From a virus (lineage: Duplodnaviria > Caudoviricetes), in the IMG/VR virus record IMGVR_UViG_3300028326_000014, positions 1 to 37,349 of that record: a stretch of DNA of 37,349 nt, one strand, 5' to 3'. The notes under the pieces are model-generated. The model was not told the origin of the DNA, ran no database searches, and saw nothing but the letters and a program-made list of their open reading frames with translations. Shown piece by piece: positions 7,955-17,538 of this stretch (its first letter is position 1; each line of letters begins with the position of its first letter). A program made the position numbers and the translations under genes.

Positions 7955-8173
7955 ATGTATCTTGAACTGGTACGCACTTTGGCCCAGGGAACACCGCTGT
8001 GCCAGGTGCAGGAAGGCTACAAGGACTGCAAGAACACCGGCAACCATCCGGCCGTCCTCTTCGAGGGCAAGGTCGTTTGTCCGGGCTGTCAGCAACTGTG
8101 CCACCTGCCCGGCAACATCCCAGCCCGTAGCTGCTTCATTGTACAGAAACGCCCCAAGCAAAAAGCGAGTTGA
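7955..8173 (+). CDS. Small Cys-rich hypothetical protein
   Basis: SD AGGAGG; several Cys including CPGC. Confidence 0.7.
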   Translation: MYLELVRTLAQGTPLCQVQEGYKDCKNTGNHPAVLFEGKVVCPGCQQLCHLPGNIPARSCFIVQKRPKQKAS

Positions 8174-8177
8174 GACC

Positions 8178-8750
8178 ATGCCACGGCAAAATGTTATCAC
8201 CTGCGCGGCCATCTACAACATGCAGTCCAAGATCTTTTTCGGATCGCTATTGCCCGCCACGACACTGTCTTACGAGGATGATCGTGAAGTGCTCGCTGAC
8301 CTCTTCGGCTCCATCTGTCAGTGCCCGCCGGCGACATGGTCGAAGCTGACGCTCGGGCAGCGCAACCAGGTGCTCGACGCTTTGGCCGTCAAATGGCTGC
8401 CCAACCACGCCGCCGTGGACATCCCGCTGTTGCCCAAGCGCCTGCGCGGCTGGAAAAAGGGCGACAAGCCCGACGGGTACGAGCGCCTGGACATCCCGGA
8501 CGGGCCGCTGGCCCGTGAGAAGCGGTATCTGGTCATACTGTGGTGCCTGCTCGGCTACGAGCCCAAGAGCCTGGATGCCCGGGTATCCAAGCAATTTGAC
8601 GTCGAAAAATTCGTCTGGCTGTCCGATCCGGCCGCCCTGGCCACCCTGGCCAAGGATTTTTGGACCCGGTGCCGACGGGCCGGCATTGACCCCGAGCCGG
8701 GCGGCACCAACGTGGCCACTCGGGAGACGGCAGCGGCCTGCCAGGGCTGA
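8178..8750 (+). CDS. gemA: GemA/gp16-like (DUF1018) regulatory protein
   Basis: SKLTLGQRNQVLDAL, KRYLVILW, SLDARVSKQFDVEKFVWL; Mu early-region position. Start moved to ATG 8178. Confidence 0.7.
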   Translation: MPRQNVITCAAIYNMQSKIFFGSLLPATTLSYEDDREVLADLFGSICQCPPATWSKLTLGQRNQVLDALAVKWLPNHAAVDIPLLPKRLRGWKKGDKPDGYERLDIPDGPLAREKRYLVILWCLLGYEPKSLDARVSKQFDVEKFVWLSDPAALATLAKDFWTRCRRAGIDPEPGGTNVATRETAAACQG

Positions 8751-8756
8751 TGCCGC

Positions 8757-9122
8757 ATGCAGGAAGAGCGCGAGGCGTTGCGGGCCGCCATCCTGGCCCG
8801 CCATCGAAGCATTTACGCGTTTTGCAAGGCGTGTGGCATCACCAAAAGCGTGGCGCTGCAAGTGCTGGCCGGGCGCTACCCCGGCAACGTGGCCCGGCAA
8901 ATGGCCCGCATGCGGGCAGCCCTGGCCGATACGCCGCCGGCCGCGCCGGGCGCCGAGCCGCCCACACTGACGGCGATCCACGCGGCCCTGGAGCGCGTGG
9001 CCTGCGCCCGGTGCCGGGCCACGGACAAGCGGCGCTGCAAGTCCTGTCGGACGCTGTGGCAGCGGCAGGCGGCCGAGGTGGCCGCCCTGTATGCGACGGC
9101 CGCAGTATCTCACATTGGTTGA
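8757..9122 (+). CDS. HTH / Zn-finger hypothetical protein
   Basis: SIYAFCKACGITKSVALQVLAGRY; C-terminal CxxC...CxxC. Confidence 0.65.
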   Translation: MQEEREALRAAILARHRSIYAFCKACGITKSVALQVLAGRYPGNVARQMARMRAALADTPPAAPGAEPPTLTAIHAALERVACARCRATDKRRCKSCRTLWQRQAAEVAALYATAAVSHIG

Positions 9123-9141
9123 TACGAGGGGATGTCCAGCC

Positions 9142-9570
9142 ATGAGCGAAAAACGCCGAAAATCAACCGCAATATTGCTCAAGTTGCAGGGCAAAAAGAC
9201 CGTCAAGGTCGAGCTGTTTGACGCCTCGTCCTGGGACGGTCCGGCCGGGGCGTACCGGCTTCGCCTGGACGGCTGCTGGCACAGTCCCGGCGGCGACAAG
9301 TACCAGTTTTTCACGCCGGCCGGGCTGGCCGGCGTCCTGTCCGGGTTGATCACAGGGCGGCCCCCTCTCCAGGATGCCCCGGCGCTGCCCTATCACCGGG
9401 GCGACCGGGTGTCCGTGCCGACCGGCCGGGTCGGGCTGGATGGGGAGCCCCTGTATGAGCGGACGTTTTTGTGCGGCGCGCCGATCCTTGGTATCGACGG
9501 CCGCTGGTGGGCCCCGGTGGTCGGCCGTGACGAGCCGGTGGCCCTGGATACCCTGCGGGGGCGCGTATGA
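9142..9570 (+). CDS. Hypothetical protein
   Basis: ATG 9142 after GAGGGG; stop overlaps the next gene (ATGA). Confidence 0.65.
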   Translation: MSEKRRKSTAILLKLQGKKTVKVELFDASSWDGPAGAYRLRLDGCWHSPGGDKYQFFTPAGLAGVLSGLITGRPPLQDAPALPYHRGDRVSVPTGRVGLDGEPLYERTFLCGAPILGIDGRWWAPVVGRDEPVALDTLRGRV

Positions 9571-10010
9571 GCGCGGTCTTTGACGACATGCTGCGGCTGT
9601 TGTCCCATGGCTGGGCGCCGTATCATGGCCGTGTCGAGGGACGCGTGTATGAAGGCCTGGGTTGCACCCGATCGGCCAAGGCCCGGTGGATGGTGCGCGA
9701 GGGCCGGTATATCTGCCTGGGCTGCGGCAAGCGATGCAGCCTCGTTGATCCGGCGGGGTTTGAGCTGCTGTTGCCTATCCCCAGTCAGGCAAAACGGCTT
9801 GCCTTTGCCGTGCTGCCGGCCGTATCCGCCGAGGAGCTTATCGCAAAAAAATTGCTGCTCACCATCCCCGAAGTAGAATTTTGCCTGAATATAAGTCGCC
9901 GCCAAGTCTATGATTTAATGGACGAAGGTCGGCTGTCGCGCCATCCTGATCCGCCCATCCGCATCACGACTGCCAGTGTGCGGTTGGAAGCGGCGCGGCG
10001 CAAGCCGTGA
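9567..10010 (+). CDS. Zn-ribbon + excisionase-type HTH protein, candidate late-gene activator
   Basis: CLGCGKRC; LLTIPEVEFCLNISRRQVYDLMDEGRL; occupies the Mu C/Mor position at the end of the early block. Confidence 0.7.
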   Translation: MSAVFDDMLRLLSHGWAPYHGRVEGRVYEGLGCTRSAKARWMVREGRYICLGCGKRCSLVDPAGFELLLPIPSQAKRLAFAVLPAVSAEELIAKKLLLTIPEVEFCLNISRRQVYDLMDEGRLSRHPDPPIRITTASVRLEAARRKP

Positions 10011-10070
10011 ACAGCCTTTGCAGGTATATCAGTTTCTTGATAGACAAGGCACATCAGAGGGGGGGATGTC

Positions 10071-10946
10071 ATGGCAACGTTGTTTGCTTGGATTTTTATG
10101 GCCGCTCTTTGTTGTATGATCCTTGGATTGATCAAGCCTACGCTTGTGCTGCGATGGGGAAAAAAGCGGACTAGGGCTCGGGCCTTTGGCTGGTATGCCT
10201 TGTTTGCCTTCTTGAGCATGTTGCTTGGAACTAGTTCCATGGAACACCCAAAACAACAGCAGCCGCAGAATAAACCAGAGGTTGTCAATCCAGAACAGAC
10301 CACTCAGGTCAAGCAGGAACAACCTGCCCCCCTCAATAAGGATAATGGAAATCCGATAGAGCGAGTTGTCAAGGTTGACCTTGATGGCAGTCAGACACAA
10401 AAAACGGCTTTGACTGGTGGAAATACGGAAAAAGATAAGTATCTCAAGCCGTACTGCGATTTTGTTAGCGACCTCCAAGCTGTGGTGCATGATCTGGATT
10501 GCAGCATGGGTTTTGATCCCCAGCATGGGCGCAAGCCGGGCGATGCGATCGTCCTGGAGTCCGATGTGGTAGGGACGCTAACTCCGCAGACATCAAACCA
10601 ATCGGGACAAGGGGCGGTTAAGTTTTTTACAGGGACAAAAATCAAAATACTGCAACGGTATTTTTACAGCAAAGAATGTGCTGACCTGCTGTATATTGTC
10701 GAGGGAATCGGTGTCAGAAATGAGTTTGGGCAGATTGTCCGTGGTAAAACGCAGGCGTATGTACGAACGAGCGCCTTGCGGCTCCTGTCGGATGACAAAA
10801 GATTTCTGGACTTCGCCCGCCGTCATAATGAGTCGATGGATTCCCGTACAGCCGAACTGAAAAAGAAATATATCAAGTTGCTGCCGGAGCGTATTGAAAA
10901 CATGGCCATTAGTGAAGATTGGCGGAAGGAATGCCCATCTCACTAG
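10071..10946 (+). CDS. Accessory membrane-anchored protein (moron-like)
   Basis: Two N-terminal hydrophobic helices; lower GC; candidate promoter TTGCAG(10018)-17-TAGACA. Confidence 0.75.
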   Translation: MATLFAWIFMAALCCMILGLIKPTLVLRWGKKRTRARAFGWYALFAFLSMLLGTSSMEHPKQQQPQNKPEVVNPEQTTQVKQEQPAPLNKDNGNPIERVVKVDLDGSQTQKTALTGGNTEKDKYLKPYCDFVSDLQAVVHDLDCSMGFDPQHGRKPGDAIVLESDVVGTLTPQTSNQSGQGAVKFFTGTKIKILQRYFYSKECADLLYIVEGIGVRNEFGQIVRGKTQAYVRTSALRLLSDDKRFLDFARRHNESMDSRTAELKKKYIKLLPERIENMAISEDWRKECPSH

Positions 10947-10971
10947 CCCAAGTCGCACCAAGGAGCCTGCC

Positions 10972-11256
10972 ATGTCCACCCGCCGTACCATCGCCTCGAT
11001 CCTGACTGCCCTCGTCTTGGCCGCTACTGCGCCGCTCACCACTATGGCAGCCAGCTCCGGCGATACTCCCCAGCAGGATGCCAAGTATTACGACGCCTCG
11101 GGGCGCTACCAGGGCCGGACCACCAGAAGCGGCCAGGGCCAGACCAAATCTTATGACAAATCCGGCCATTATCAGGGCAAAACCGTCCGTCAGGGTCACT
11201 CCATCAAAATCTACGACAAGTCCGGCCACTACCAGGGCCGGGTCACCGTCCGCTAA
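10972..11256 (+). CDS. Small secreted protein with three YDxSG(R/H)YQG repeats
   Basis: SD AAGGAG, signal-peptide-like N-terminus, three tandem motifs. Confidence 0.75.
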   Translation: MSTRRTIASILTALVLAATAPLTTMAASSGDTPQQDAKYYDASGRYQGRTTRSGQGQTKSYDKSGHYQGKTVRQGHSIKIYDKSGHYQGRVTVR

Positions 11257-11287
11257 CCCGAATTAATCCGAATTAATCCGGAATAAA

Positions 11288-11341
11288 CCGTGCACCGATG
11301 TGCACGGATTGCTCCACATCTGCCCCCGCCGCCGCTAGATT
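11288..11341 (+). promoter_or_regulatory. Candidate activator-dependent late promoter (lysis operon)
   Basis: Palindrome CCGTGCAC-N4-GTGCACGG at 11288-11307, 28 nt, -10-like TAGATT, ATG 7 nt later; same geometry at 19245. Confidence 0.7.
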
Positions 11342-11348
11342 GGGCGGC

Positions 11349-11807
11349 ATGAAACGCACCCGATTCCCCCATCTGCTGCTCGCTGCCCTGCTCCTGCTCC
11401 AGGCCGTCGCCCCCGTGGCGGCCTGGAGCGAGGAGCACGTGTACCACGCCACCGTGGCCGCCGTGGTGGACCACGTCCACGACGGGGACACCATCACCGT
11501 GACCGTGCCCGGCTGGCCAGCCATCGTCTCGCCCGTCGAGGTGCGCGTGGCCGGCGTCGATGCGGCCGAAATCCACGACAAACGCCCGGAAATCAAAGCC
11601 ATGGGCCTGCTGGCCCGGGATTGGCTGGTCGAGCATCTGCGGTCAGGCGAACCCGTGACGCTCCGTAACGTGCGGCGCGACAAGTATTTCCGCCTTTTGG
11701 CCGACGTGGACGTGGTGGTGGACGGCGAGACGCGGGATCTGGCCGGCGAGTTGATCCGGCGCGGGCTGGCCAAGCCCTATGACGGGCAAGGGCCCAAGCC
11801 CTGGTAA
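11349..11807 (+). CDS. Secreted thermonuclease (SNase family)
   Basis: Signal peptide; VHDGDTI, VRVAGVDAAE, DKYFRLLA, LIRRGLA. Confidence 0.9.
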   Translation: MKRTRFPHLLLAALLLLQAVAPVAAWSEEHVYHATVAAVVDHVHDGDTITVTVPGWPAIVSPVEVRVAGVDAAEIHDKRPEIKAMGLLARDWLVEHLRSGEPVTLRNVRRDKYFRLLADVDVVVDGETRDLAGELIRRGLAKPYDGQGPKPW

Positions 11808-11817
11808 GGAGGATATC

Positions 11818-12171
11818 ATGCGACATTTTGCCATATTGGCGTTGCTGGCGATGCTGACGGGCTGCGCGGGCATCACATCCACGGAGCAGACAAGCCCGGC
11901 CCTGGCCAAGATCCAGGTCGCCAGGGCCTACGTTGACGCCACCCTGGTCCGGATCAAGGCCGACGTGGCCACGCTCAAGGCGCAACTGCCGGCCAAGGTG
12001 GCGGCCATCGAGGCCAAGGCCGAGCCGGTGCTGGCCGCCCTGGAAAAGCTGGCCGGCACCTACGACGCGGCCGTGATCGCCAAGGACATCAGTGCGGCCG
12101 AATCGCTGTGGGCGACGGTGCGAACGGCCGTGACCTCGACCATGGGCGTGCTGGCCCTGTTGGGGGTGTGA
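11818..12171 (+). CDS. Lipoprotein in the lysis cluster (possible spanin component)
   Basis: SD AAGGAGG; lipobox LAMLTG-C; helical body. Confidence 0.7.
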   Translation: MRHFAILALLAMLTGCAGITSTEQTSPALAKIQVARAYVDATLVRIKADVATLKAQLPAKVAAIEAKAEPVLAALEKLAGTYDAAVIAKDISAAESLWATVRTAVTSTMGVLALLGV

Positions 12172-12172
12172 C

Positions 12173-12739
12173 ATGCCGGTGACGGACGTCAAGCTCGAAG
12201 ATCGCGTTGAGGATCTGATCCAGGCCGCCGCTGTGGCCAAAGGGCTGCTGCCAATCCTGGTCAGGGCGTTGGTGATCCAGGAATCCGGTGGTCGCGTCTG
12301 GGCCTGGAACCCCGAACCGGGATACCGATATCTTTGGGATATCAAGCAGAAAAGACCTTTTCGGAAACTTACTGAACAGGAATTGCTCTCCAAGTTTCCC
12401 CCGAAGGATTTCCCGGCACCTGCGGGTGTGGACAGGGACGCCGAATGGTGGGGACAACAAAGTTCCTGGGGCTACATGCAGGTCATGGGGGCTGTGGCCC
12501 GCGAATGTGGCTATGTCGGCGTATTTTTGGGCGGGCTCTATGAGCCGGCCATCAACCTTGAATTCGGTTGCCGGCATCTGAAAGGGTTGGCCAGCCGTTA
12601 TCTGGCCACGGCGGGCTGGCCCGGCGTGGTCGCGGCCTACAATGCCGGCTCTCCGCGCGTGCTCGAAAACGGCCAGTATGAAAACCAGGCCTACGTGAAC
12701 GATGTCTTGAATATCCTGGGCGGCGTCTGGCCCAAATAA
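12173..12739 (+). CDS. Endolysin, lytic transglycosylase (SLT)
   Basis: IQESGG, GYMQVM, AAYNAG motifs. Confidence 0.92.
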   Translation: MPVTDVKLEDRVEDLIQAAAVAKGLLPILVRALVIQESGGRVWAWNPEPGYRYLWDIKQKRPFRKLTEQELLSKFPPKDFPAPAGVDRDAEWWGQQSSWGYMQVMGAVARECGYVGVFLGGLYEPAINLEFGCRHLKGLASRYLATAGWPGVVAAYNAGSPRVLENGQYENQAYVNDVLNILGGVWPK

Positions 12740-12750
12740 AAGGAGTGGCT

Positions 12751-13245
12751 ATGCCTGATACCGTAACACAACCCCCTGTCGCGCCGGTCGCCCCGGCGGC
12801 TGTCCAGCCGGTGGCCACCCCGGCGGCCATCCAGCCGGGCGGTGGCTTGCAGGTTGCGGATTTGCGCGCCGCCGTGTCGGTTCTGGCCGGGCTGGTGGAG
12901 TCCATCCCCGGCATTGCTCCGGCCGTCGTGCAACCGGCTCCGGTTGCGGCCCCCGACGTTGTGGCCCCGGACGCGCCGACCAAAGCCGAGCCAGCGACGG
13001 TACCGGCGGGAGCGACCGATCCCTTGGCCGGCCTGTGCGCGGCGGTGTCGGACATGCCGGCCGTGGCCGGAACGCTTGTGGCGGCCGAATCCCGGCTGCG
13101 CTCCAGCCGGCTGTGGACCACCGTCGGCGGCATCGCCGCCCTGGGAGCCGGGCATTTTGCCGGCTTACCGCCCATCACCCAGGTGTGCATCACTACCCTG
13201 ATCGGCCTGTACTGCATCGTGCGCACCATCCAGGGGAGTCGGTAA
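12751..13245 (+). CDS. Pro/Ala-rich membrane protein, possible holin
   Basis: SD AAGGAG; C-terminal hydrophobic segments; follows the endolysin. Confidence 0.6.
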   Translation: MPDTVTQPPVAPVAPAAVQPVATPAAIQPGGGLQVADLRAAVSVLAGLVESIPGIAPAVVQPAPVAAPDVVAPDAPTKAEPATVPAGATDPLAGLCAAVSDMPAVAGTLVAAESRLRSSRLWTTVGGIAALGAGHFAGLPPITQVCITTLIGLYCIVRTIQGSR

Positions 13246-13248
13246 ACC

Positions 13249-13671
13249 ATGGATCAATCGCTGGCGGTGGCCCTCATCAAGCTCGTGGCCGCCATGCCCC
13301 CGGGAACGCTGGTGACCGTAATCGCCCTGATGACGCTCACTCCCATGGGGCTGGTGGGGCTCATCGTGGTGCTCTGGCAAGTGGAGGACCACCGCCGGCG
13401 CGCGGACCTGGGCCGCTACCGCGAGGACATGGACCGCATTCTCAAGGCGTACGGCGAGGACCTGCGGAGAACCACGCAATTTTACCAGGACAACGTCAAA
13501 CTGGTGGAGGCGTATCAGTCCCTGGCCGCCAGCTTGAATGACCAAGTCGTGCTCAACACCCAAGTCATGCAGCGGCTGGTGGATGCCATTTGCACGAACC
13601 AATATTGCCCGGCCGGCCGCCTCGAAAAGGGCAACAGCCCCATGTTGGGTGGGCTGGGGGGAGGGATGTAA
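13249..13671 (+). CDS. Membrane protein (lysis/packaging cluster)
   Basis: N-terminal TM segment followed by coiled coil. Confidence 0.7.
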   Translation: MDQSLAVALIKLVAAMPPGTLVTVIALMTLTPMGLVGLIVVLWQVEDHRRRADLGRYREDMDRILKAYGEDLRRTTQFYQDNVKLVEAYQSLAASLNDQVVLNTQVMQRLVDAICTNQYCPAGRLEKGNSPMLGGLGGGM

Positions 13672-13917
13672 ATGGACCTTGAGCGCGCCGCCATGGTCGG
13701 CCAGCGGGCCGAAAAAGATCTTGCCGCCAAGGGATTGCGCATCCGGGCATCCGGCTTGCGCGACTCGCTGCGCCTGCTGCTTTTGCCCACGCTACCCGTG
13801 GACGCCATCGACGACGAGCAGCTCGCCTCCCAGGCCGTGTCCCTGTCCCAGGCCGTCATCGAGCTGCGGGCGGCCGAGGCCGAGATCGCCGTCATCAACC
13901 ACCATCTGGGGCTGTAA
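13672..13917 (+). CDS. Hypothetical coiled-coil protein
   Basis: Abuts the upstream stop; SD GGAGG. Confidence 0.7.
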   Translation: MDLERAAMVGQRAEKDLAAKGLRIRASGLRDSLRLLLLPTLPVDAIDDEQLASQAVSLSQAVIELRAAEAEIAVINHHLGL

Positions 13918-13919
13918 CC

Positions 13920-14537
13920 GTGACCGGCTTGCCGGGTCGCCGCGAGCACCCCATGGAGACCGTGGAGCGCGCCGAGGAGCTGTGGTGCGTGGACGGGCTC
14001 ACCTTCGAGGCCGTGGCCGCCAGCGTCGGCGTGGCCACCTCGACCCTCAAGCGCTGGGCCGAGCGGTACGGCTGGCCGGCCAAGCGCGACGAGATCCGGC
14101 AAGCGCTGGCATCCATCCGCGTGGACACCATCAAGCTGCGCGCCAAGCTCATATCCAATTGCCTTACCTCCATGCAGGCCATGGACGCCTTTGCCGTGGC
14201 CAAGATGGAGGAGGTGGCCATCAAGGCGGCCGAGCTGGCCGACAAGCGGGCCGAGGCCGCGCCGCCGGCGACCGCCCCCATGCGTGAGATCACGAGCGAG
14301 GCCGACGCCGTGGCCGCCCTTGAAGAGGCGGTGGGCCTGCGGCTCAATGCCATGCTAGCCAGTCCGGACAAGGTGACGCTCACCGCCCTGCGCGAGGTCA
14401 AGCAAGTGCTCGATCTGCTTTCGGACATGCGGGCCGCTGCCGGCGCGGCCGCCAAGGACGGTGAGCCGGCTCGGGAGCATGGCATCAGCGCCGCCACGGC
14501 CGAACAGATTCGGGCGCTCCTCGGGGGACAGGCATGA
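13920..14537 (+). CDS. Probable terminase small subunit (Mu gp27 position)
   Basis: HTH GLTFEAVAASVGVATSTLKRWAERYGW; directly before the large subunit; start uncertain. Confidence 0.7.
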   Translation: MTGLPGRREHPMETVERAEELWCVDGLTFEAVAASVGVATSTLKRWAERYGWPAKRDEIRQALASIRVDTIKLRAKLISNCLTSMQAMDAFAVAKMEEVAIKAAELADKRAEAAPPATAPMREITSEADAVAALEEAVGLRLNAMLASPDKVTLTALREVKQVLDLLSDMRAAAGAAAKDGEPAREHGISAATAEQIRALLGGQA

Positions 14538-16000
14538 GTGAGGCATTGCTGCTGCCGTACCAGGGCCGCTGGAACCAGGACCGCACCCCCGTCAAGTTCT
14601 GCGAAAAAAGCCGCCGCGTGGGGCTCTCGTATGGTGATGCGGCCGAATCCGCCACCCTGGCCGGCCTCAAAAAGAGCGCCGGCGGCATGAACACCTATTA
14701 TATCTCCTACAACAAGGAGATGACCGAAACCTACATCAAGGATGTGGGCTTCTGGGCCAAGGTATTCAATCTGGCCGCATCGGATTTTGAGGAGGTGGTC
14801 CTGGAGGACGAGAAGGACGTCCTGGCCTACCGCGTCAGGTTCGCCTCGGGGAATCAGGTCGTGGCTCTGTCCAGCAAACCCAAGAATTTACGCTCCAAGC
14901 AGGGCCGGATCGTCATCGACGAGGCGGCCTTTTGCGAAGACCTGGAAGAGCTTTTGAAGGCGGCCATCGCCCTGACCATGTGGGGCGGCAGCGTGGAAGT
15001 CATTTCGACGCACAACGGCGAAACCAACCCCTTCAACAACTACATCCTCGACATTCGCGCCGGCAAGCTGCCCTACAGCCTGCACCGCGTCACCCTGGAC
15101 GACGCCCTGGGCGAGGGCCTGTACCGCCGCATCTGTCAGGTGCGTGGCTTGACCTGGTCCCCCGAGTCCGAGGCCACGTGGCGACAGGATCTCATCGATT
15201 TTTACGGAGACGGGGCCAACGAGGAGCTTTGCTGTGTCCCGTCCCAGGGTTCGGGAACCTACCTCACCCGGCAAATGATCGAATCCTGCATGTCGGCGAA
15301 CATCCCGGTGCTGCGCTGGTCGCCGCCGGCGGATGATTTCACGGACTGGCCCGAAGACCGGCGCGCACGCGAGATGCAGGACTGGCTCGAAGCCGAGCTG
15401 GGGCCGATCCTGGCCAGCCTCCCCAAGGACGCCCGGTCATATCTTGGCGAGGACTTCGGCCGCACTGGCGACCTGTCCGTGGATTGGCCGGTGCTCGAAT
15501 TACAGAATCTGATCCTGGCCACGCCGTTTGTGTTGGAACTGCGCCAGTGCCCGTTCCACCAGCAACGGCAGGCTCTGTTCTACATCTGCGACCGTCTGCC
15601 CGGGTTTTCCGGGGCGGCCCTCGATGCGCGGGGCAACGGCCAGTACCTGGCCGAGGTGACCCGGCAGCAATACGGCCCGGAGATCGTCCAGGAGGTCATG
15701 CTGTCCGAGAGCTGGTACCGGGAGCACATGCCCAAGCTCAAGGCCGCATTCGAGGACAAGACCTTTGTCGCCCCCAAGGATGCGCCCATTTTGGATGATC
15801 TGCGTGCCTTCAAGGTGGTCAAGGGCGTGGCCAAGATCCCGGACGCCCGCACCGGCGCCAAAGGCGAGAAGCGCCACGGCGACGCCGGCGTGGCCGCCGC
15901 CTTGGCCGTCTTTGCCGCCAAGTGCATCGAGGCCGAGCCGTTCGAGGCCATTACGGCCGTGCCCTACCAAACAACGGCGCTTTTTCGGGGGTGGCGATGA
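14534..16000 (+). CDS. terL: Terminase large subunit (Mu gp28-like)
   Basis: LLPYQ, KSRRVGLSY, IVIDEAAF, GEDFGRTGD, HGD. Confidence 0.95.
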   Translation: MSEALLLPYQGRWNQDRTPVKFCEKSRRVGLSYGDAAESATLAGLKKSAGGMNTYYISYNKEMTETYIKDVGFWAKVFNLAASDFEEVVLEDEKDVLAYRVRFASGNQVVALSSKPKNLRSKQGRIVIDEAAFCEDLEELLKAAIALTMWGGSVEVISTHNGETNPFNNYILDIRAGKLPYSLHRVTLDDALGEGLYRRICQVRGLTWSPESEATWRQDLIDFYGDGANEELCCVPSQGSGTYLTRQMIESCMSANIPVLRWSPPADDFTDWPEDRRAREMQDWLEAELGPILASLPKDARSYLGEDFGRTGDLSVDWPVLELQNLILATPFVLELRQCPFHQQRQALFYICDRLPGFSGAALDARGNGQYLAEVTRQQYGPEIVQEVMLSESWYREHMPKLKAAFEDKTFVAPKDAPILDDLRAFKVVKGVAKIPDARTGAKGEKRHGDAGVAAALAVFAAKCIEAEPFEAITAVPYQTTALFRGWR

Positions 16001-17538
16001 CGGACGGCATCTGGATCAACGACCGTGATTTTCTGGAGTTCGGCGACGCCTCGTCGTCCCTGCTCGGCGAGCTGGCCGTGCGGGACGACTGGACCACCTA
16101 TCTGGGCACGTTGCCCGATCCCGACCCCGTTTTGCGCAAGTCCGGCGAGGACGTGCGGGTGCTGGCCGATTTGTCCGCCGACTGGAAGGTCACATCGAGC
16201 ATCCAGGGCCGCAAGATCAAGACCCTCAACAAGCGGGACTACCACTTTACGCCCGGCCATGCCCAGGACGCCGAGCCCACGCCCGAGGCCACGCGGCTGT
16301 GCGACGAGCTGGTGGCCGACCTGGAGCGGGTCAACCTCTACAACGTCTTTTCCGGGGTGATCGATGCCCCGTACTATGGCTATACGCCGCTGGAAATCCT
16401 GTGGCGACCGGATGGCTCGGGCGGCCTGCGGCTCCAGGACCTGATCGCCAAACCCTGGAGCTGGTTTTGCTTCGACGGGAAAAACCGCCTGTGCTGGCGC
16501 GGCGAGACGGGCGTGACGGCCACGCCGGTGCCACCCGGTAAGTTCGTCCTGGTCCAGCATTTCCCGACCTACGACAATCCCTACGGTTTGCGGCTCTTGT
16601 CCAGATGTCTCTGGCCGGTCGCCTTCAAGCGCGCGGGGACCGAGTTCCTCATGCGCTTTGCCGAAAAATTCGGCCAGCCATGGGTCGTGGGCGAAGTACG
16701 GCCCACTGCCCAGCCGAACGAAATGCAGGACATGGCCACGGCACTGCGCGGCATGATCCACGACGCCGTGGCCGTCATCAAGGGCGGCGGCAAGGTGACG
16801 GTCCACGAGACCACGGGCAAGGCGGGGGACTTGCATCCGGCCATCATCGACCTGTTCGATGCGGCCATTGCCCAGCTCATCCAGGGCCAGACCCTGACCC
16901 AGCAGGTTGGCAAAAACGGCAGTTTTGCCGCCAGCAAGACGCATTACGACGTGCTCTCGGACTACGCCGCCGCCGACCAGACGCTCATCGAGACGGCCAT
17001 GACCGATCTGGCCTGGACCTACGGCCAGGTACGGGCGCCGGGCGTGCTGACGCCGGTTTTCGAGTTTATCAAGCCCGAGGATCAAAAATCCAAGGGCGAG
17101 GAGGCCACCACGCTCCACGGCGTGGGTGTGCGGTTTACACCGGTCTATTTCGAGCGCCGGTTCGGGTTGGCTCCGGACGAATTTACGGTCGTGGCGGACG
17201 CCGACGACCCAGACCAGGCCGGCGCTGCCGGGGAGTCCGACACCGCTCCGGCCTTTGCCGCGCCGACCGGCCAAGCCTCGCCGCATACGGCCGCCCAGCA
17301 GGCCGTTGAGGATCTGATCGCTCGGAGCCTACCGGCCGGCAAGGCGGCCTTGACGACGATGGCCAGCGAGATCCTGGACCTGGTGGCCAAGGCCGAGACG
17401 CCCGAGGACCTCGAATTGCTCTTAGCTGAAGCCTGCCCGGACCTGGGCGGCGACCTGGAAACGGCCCTGGAGGCGGGCTTGCTCGCCGCCGATCTGACCG
17501 GTCGCTATGCCGTCGTCAAAGGGCCGGATCGTGGCTAA
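15997..17538 (+). CDS. Portal protein (Mu gp29/DUF935-like)
   Basis: LPDPDPVL, DAPYYGY, NPYGLRLLS, FAEKFGQP, GQTLT, GSFAASKTH. Confidence 0.9.
   Translation: MTDGIWINDRDFLEFGDASSSLLGELAVRDDWTTYLGTLPDPDPVLRKSGEDVRVLADLSADWKVTSSIQGRKIKTLNKRDYHFTPGHAQDAEPTPEATRLCDELVADLERVNLYNVFSGVIDAPYYGYTPLEILWRPDGSGGLRLQDLIAKPWSWFCFDGKNRLCWRGETGVTATPVPPGKFVLVQHFPTYDNPYGLRLLSRCLWPVAFKRAGTEFLMRFAEKFGQPWVVGEVRPTAQPNEMQDMATALRGMIHDAVAVIKGGGKVTVHETTGKAGDLHPAIIDLFDAAIAQLIQGQTLTQQVGKNGSFAASKTHYDVLSDYAAADQTLIETAMTDLAWTYGQVRAPGVLTPVFEFIKPEDQKSKGEEATTLHGVGVRFTPVYFERRFGLAPDEFTVVADADDPDQAGAAGESDTAPAFAAPTGQASPHTAAQQAVEDLIARSLPAGKAALTTMASEILDLVAKAETPEDLELLLAEACPDLGGDLETALEAGLLAADLTGRYAVVKGPDRG

Noticed and set aside
13327-13345. 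Additional CTGATGA as a third hammerhead
   Set aside because: Inside a CDS, with no correctly placed GAAA or supporting stems.
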